Virus record (IMG/VR): IMGVR_UViG_3300032086_001967
Location: 1-25,001 of that record
Source: a virus
Lineage: Duplodnaviria > Caudoviricetes
Length of the DNA: 25,001 nucleotides
Reading direction: 5' to 3' (one strand)
A program made the position numbers and the translations under genes. This document shows, one piece after another, positions 23,042 through 25,001 of this stretch. Numbering within the stretch: the stretch's first letter is position 1; each line of letters starts with the position of its first letter. The notes beneath the pieces were generated by a model. It ran no database searches and was not told where the DNA came from. It saw only the letters and a program-made list of their open reading frames with translations.

Positions 23042-23464
23042 TTAATTATTTTTTTTAGGATTATCTTTTGCTGGATTAGGTGGGTTTATAACTGGTCTAT
23101 TTGGCGGTCTATTAATAGTTGGCGTATTATTATTATTATTATAATTGCTATTACCACTATACAAAGGTTTATGTACGTTGTACAAACCTGGATGATAATA
23201 TGGTTTATCCCATCTAGTGTAGTAACCGTTGTATGGTCTATACCAATCATAACCAACCACGTTATATACTACGTTAGGTCTTATATCTCTGATAGGTATT
23301 TTTAAAGTATCACCGTTTTCAGTTAATGCTAACACGTGAGTTACTTGAGGCCCTTTGCTTTGATAATAATAAGGTGAACAACTAGCTAACATAGCAAGTA
23401 ATAATATTGCTAGTAAAACTGTTATTGATATTACTCTACCTAAGTCTCTTTCTTTATCTGTCAT
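23042..23464 (-). CDS. lipoprotein with Pro/Asn-rich tail
   Basis: Signal peptide with lipobox LASC; coupled to the endolysin. Confidence 0.7.
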   Translation of the reverse strand: MTDKERDLGRVISITVLLAILLLAMLASCSPYYYQSKGPQVTHVLALTENGDTLKIPIRDIRPNVVYNVVGYDWYRPYNGYYTRWDKPYYHPGLYNVHKPLYSGNSNYNNNNNTPTINRPPNRPVINPPNPAKDNPKKNN

Positions 23465-23922
23465 ATTACCATGTATTTAGTCTTACCGTTTTCATGATAA
23501 GCTTTTAAACATCTTTTTCTGTTTTCACCTGGATTTACATAGCTTACGTGTACCCACGCTGGATTACTATCATCACCAAACTCCCATATCATTTGATCAA
23601 ACTCTAAGTTTTCTTTAATAAACTTATACATATCACAATTTTTCATGTGACCAAACGTGTCGTCTATATCCATTGCTTGACCGTGACAATGTTGTGATTT
23701 TGCTGACCCACCGATTGCAGCATTAAGTTCAGGTCCACGATAAAACGAATTTATCTTTATAGGACCTCCTACGTGCGTTCTAAGAGGTTCAAATACTTTT
23801 TCTGCTAATAGCTTCATGTTTTGTAAATGAGCATCAGAGGGATCGTTTTTTAAACCAAGTCTCAAAGCAGTTATACTATATACACCTTCTTTGTAACTTA
23901 TATGTTTACTTATTTTATCCAT
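23461..23922 (-). CDS. peptidase M15 family endolysin
   Basis: SFYR...NAAIGG...SQH..GQAMDI...WVHVS zinc motifs. Confidence 0.9.
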   Translation of the reverse strand: MDKISKHISYKEGVYSITALRLGLKNDPSDAHLQNMKLLAEKVFEPLRTHVGGPIKINSFYRGPELNAAIGGSAKSQHCHGQAMDIDDTFGHMKNCDMYKFIKENLEFDQMIWEFGDDSNPAWVHVSYVNPGENRKRCLKAYHENGKTKYMVI

Positions 23923-24058
23923 TTTTAATTGCTTTTTTGACAGCTCTAGCTTTAGCTTTTATTTTAGCTGCTTTAGCTATTATAATATCATCTACTGTAG
24001 TTTTACTCCACAGTAAAGTCCATACGTCTTTCCAGTATTGTTTTGTTAATTTCCACAT
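23915..24058 (-). CDS. small amphipathic protein (47 aa, MWKLTKQYWKDVW...)
   Basis: Read by hand; overlaps the endolysin start. Confidence 0.55.
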   Translation of the reverse strand: MWKLTKQYWKDVWTLLWSKTTVDDIIIAKAAKIKAKARAVKKAIKNG

Positions 24059-24069
24059 AATTTATTTAT

Positions 24070-24111
24070 TTAGCATCCGCAACAAAACGGACAGTTAGGT
24101 ATTCCACACAT
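24070..24111 (-). CDS. putative 13-aa Cys-rich micropeptide MCGIPNCPFCCGC
   Basis: Fills the gap 3 nt after the thioredoxin-like stop; 5 Cys in 13 aa. Confidence 0.5.
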   Translation of the reverse strand: MCGIPNCPFCCGC

Positions 24112-24114
24112 ATC

Positions 24115-24528
24115 TTAAAATTTACTTGCATTATTAATTTCATTAATGGCTTCTTGAATATCGTTTAAATCTGCTGGTAGCATTAAATCTAAACCAGCTT
24201 TAAAAACAGTTTCTTTTATACCGTCTTTAAATATTATTAACGTGGGTGCCATACGAACCCTGTATTTCTTTTTTGCTTCAGGAGCTTTTGATATATCAAC
24301 TCTATAATAAACAGCGTTTTTTATTGTTTCCCACTCAGCAAAGCAATTAGCTTCATTAAATTTAGCCCAAAACTCTACAACAATAGGTTTTGTTTCATCA
24401 TCACCAAAAGCATTGTTACTGTTTATTTTATCTTCAAAATTTGAATCATCTATCCAATATTTTTCTGGAACGTCTTGTTGTGCAAATGATATAAATGGTA
24501 TTAAAATTAAAATTAAAATGTTTTTCAT
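24115..24528 (-). CDS. exported thioredoxin-fold protein lacking CxxC
   Basis: Signal peptide; VVEFWAKFNEANC in place of WAxWCxxC; RVDI, Y.V..APTLIIFKDG. Confidence 0.75.
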   Translation of the reverse strand: MKNILILILIPFISFAQQDVPEKYWIDDSNFEDKINSNNAFGDDETKPIVVEFWAKFNEANCFAEWETIKNAVYYRVDISKAPEAKKKYRVRMAPTLIIFKDGIKETVFKAGLDLMLPADLNDIQEAINEINNASKF

Positions 24529-24812
24529 TATTTATTTTTTTGTATTTCATATAATCTTTCATCAATTTTATCTAATTGATCTCTCATAGCCTCAACATCT
24601 TCTTGAGTATCCATAATTGTTTGGCGTATTAACTCGTCTTTCAGATCATACTCTATTCTATCAATAACTGGAGCGGGAAGCTCTTTCGCCTCAGCTATAT
24701 CGGCTTGTAAAGTAAACCACATTGCTGCCAAGCTAAATATGCCTGCACCAGCTAAACCTATAGTTTTTAAATCTATTGTAACTTTAGTTTCTTCTGATAT
24801 TTGTTTTGCCAT
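24528..24812 (-). CDS. single-TM coiled-coil protein
   Basis: ORF track; N-terminal hydrophobic helix followed by heptads. Confidence 0.7.
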   Translation of the reverse strand: MAKQISEETKVTIDLKTIGLAGAGIFSLAAMWFTLQADIAEAKELPAPVIDRIEYDLKDELIRQTIMDTQEDVEAMRDQLDKIDERLYEIQKNK

Positions 24813-24813
24813 T

Positions 24814-25001
24814 TTATTTATCTTTTAATTCTTCAATTATTGACATTAATTTGTCTACATCTTTCTGTAGGTATTCAATTCTTAAATCTTGTTTAGCATC
24901 ATCAGGTAATGCACCCATTTCACCTCTTGGCCATTTAATTCTAAATTCATCGTTTAGTGTTTGGTTATATTCTAACCTAACAAGCGTGGAGTCTATAGCT
25001 C
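24814..25001 (-). CDS. partial hypothetical protein (...FRIKWPRGEMGALPDD...)
   Basis: Open frame from the window edge to TAA at 24814-24816. Confidence 0.65.
   Translation of the reverse strand, partial: AIDSTLVRLEYNQTLNDEFRIKWPRGEMGALPDDAKQDLRIEYLQKDVDKLMSIIEELKDK

Noticed and set aside
23126-23143. (TAT)n microsatellite
   Set aside because: Encodes the poly-Asn linker of the lipoprotein; short and in frame
1-25001. Stop-codon reassignment as in some crAss-like phages
   Set aside because: Long genes are intact under the standard code, and TAA, TAG and TGA all end genes at sensible positions

Overview
AT-rich fragment of a lytic dsDNA tailed-phage genome, probably infecting a (marine) Bacteroidota/Flavobacteriia host; the host call is inferred from SD-less A/T-rich translation starts and from the SSB and RNR types. 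Positions 1-21317 are densely coding on the + strand. First comes an early block of small ORFs with four copies of a tripartite promoter-like motif (TACAA-N3-AAATACG-N10-GATAATA), an initiator-type tRNA-Met, and a 73-nt tmRNA-like tRNA domain with no mRNA domain followed by a second structured RNA. Next is a DNA-metabolism block: ligase, pyrimidine-dimer glycosylase, sigma factor, Erf, RecE-like exonuclease, SSB, T7/Twinkle primase-helicase, a thymidylate-synthase-fold enzyme with the dCMP-type Asp, MazG-like pyrophosphatases, endonuclease I and RNR. This is translationally coupled to a JmjC-cupin-kdsB-methyltransferase-kdsA-GT-GT29 glycosylation cluster. Positions 21310-25001 are a convergent - strand block with an M15 endolysin, membrane proteins, many tiny basic ORFs and a Cys-rich 13-codon ORF. 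All functional calls come from motif recognition by eye; no searches were run.
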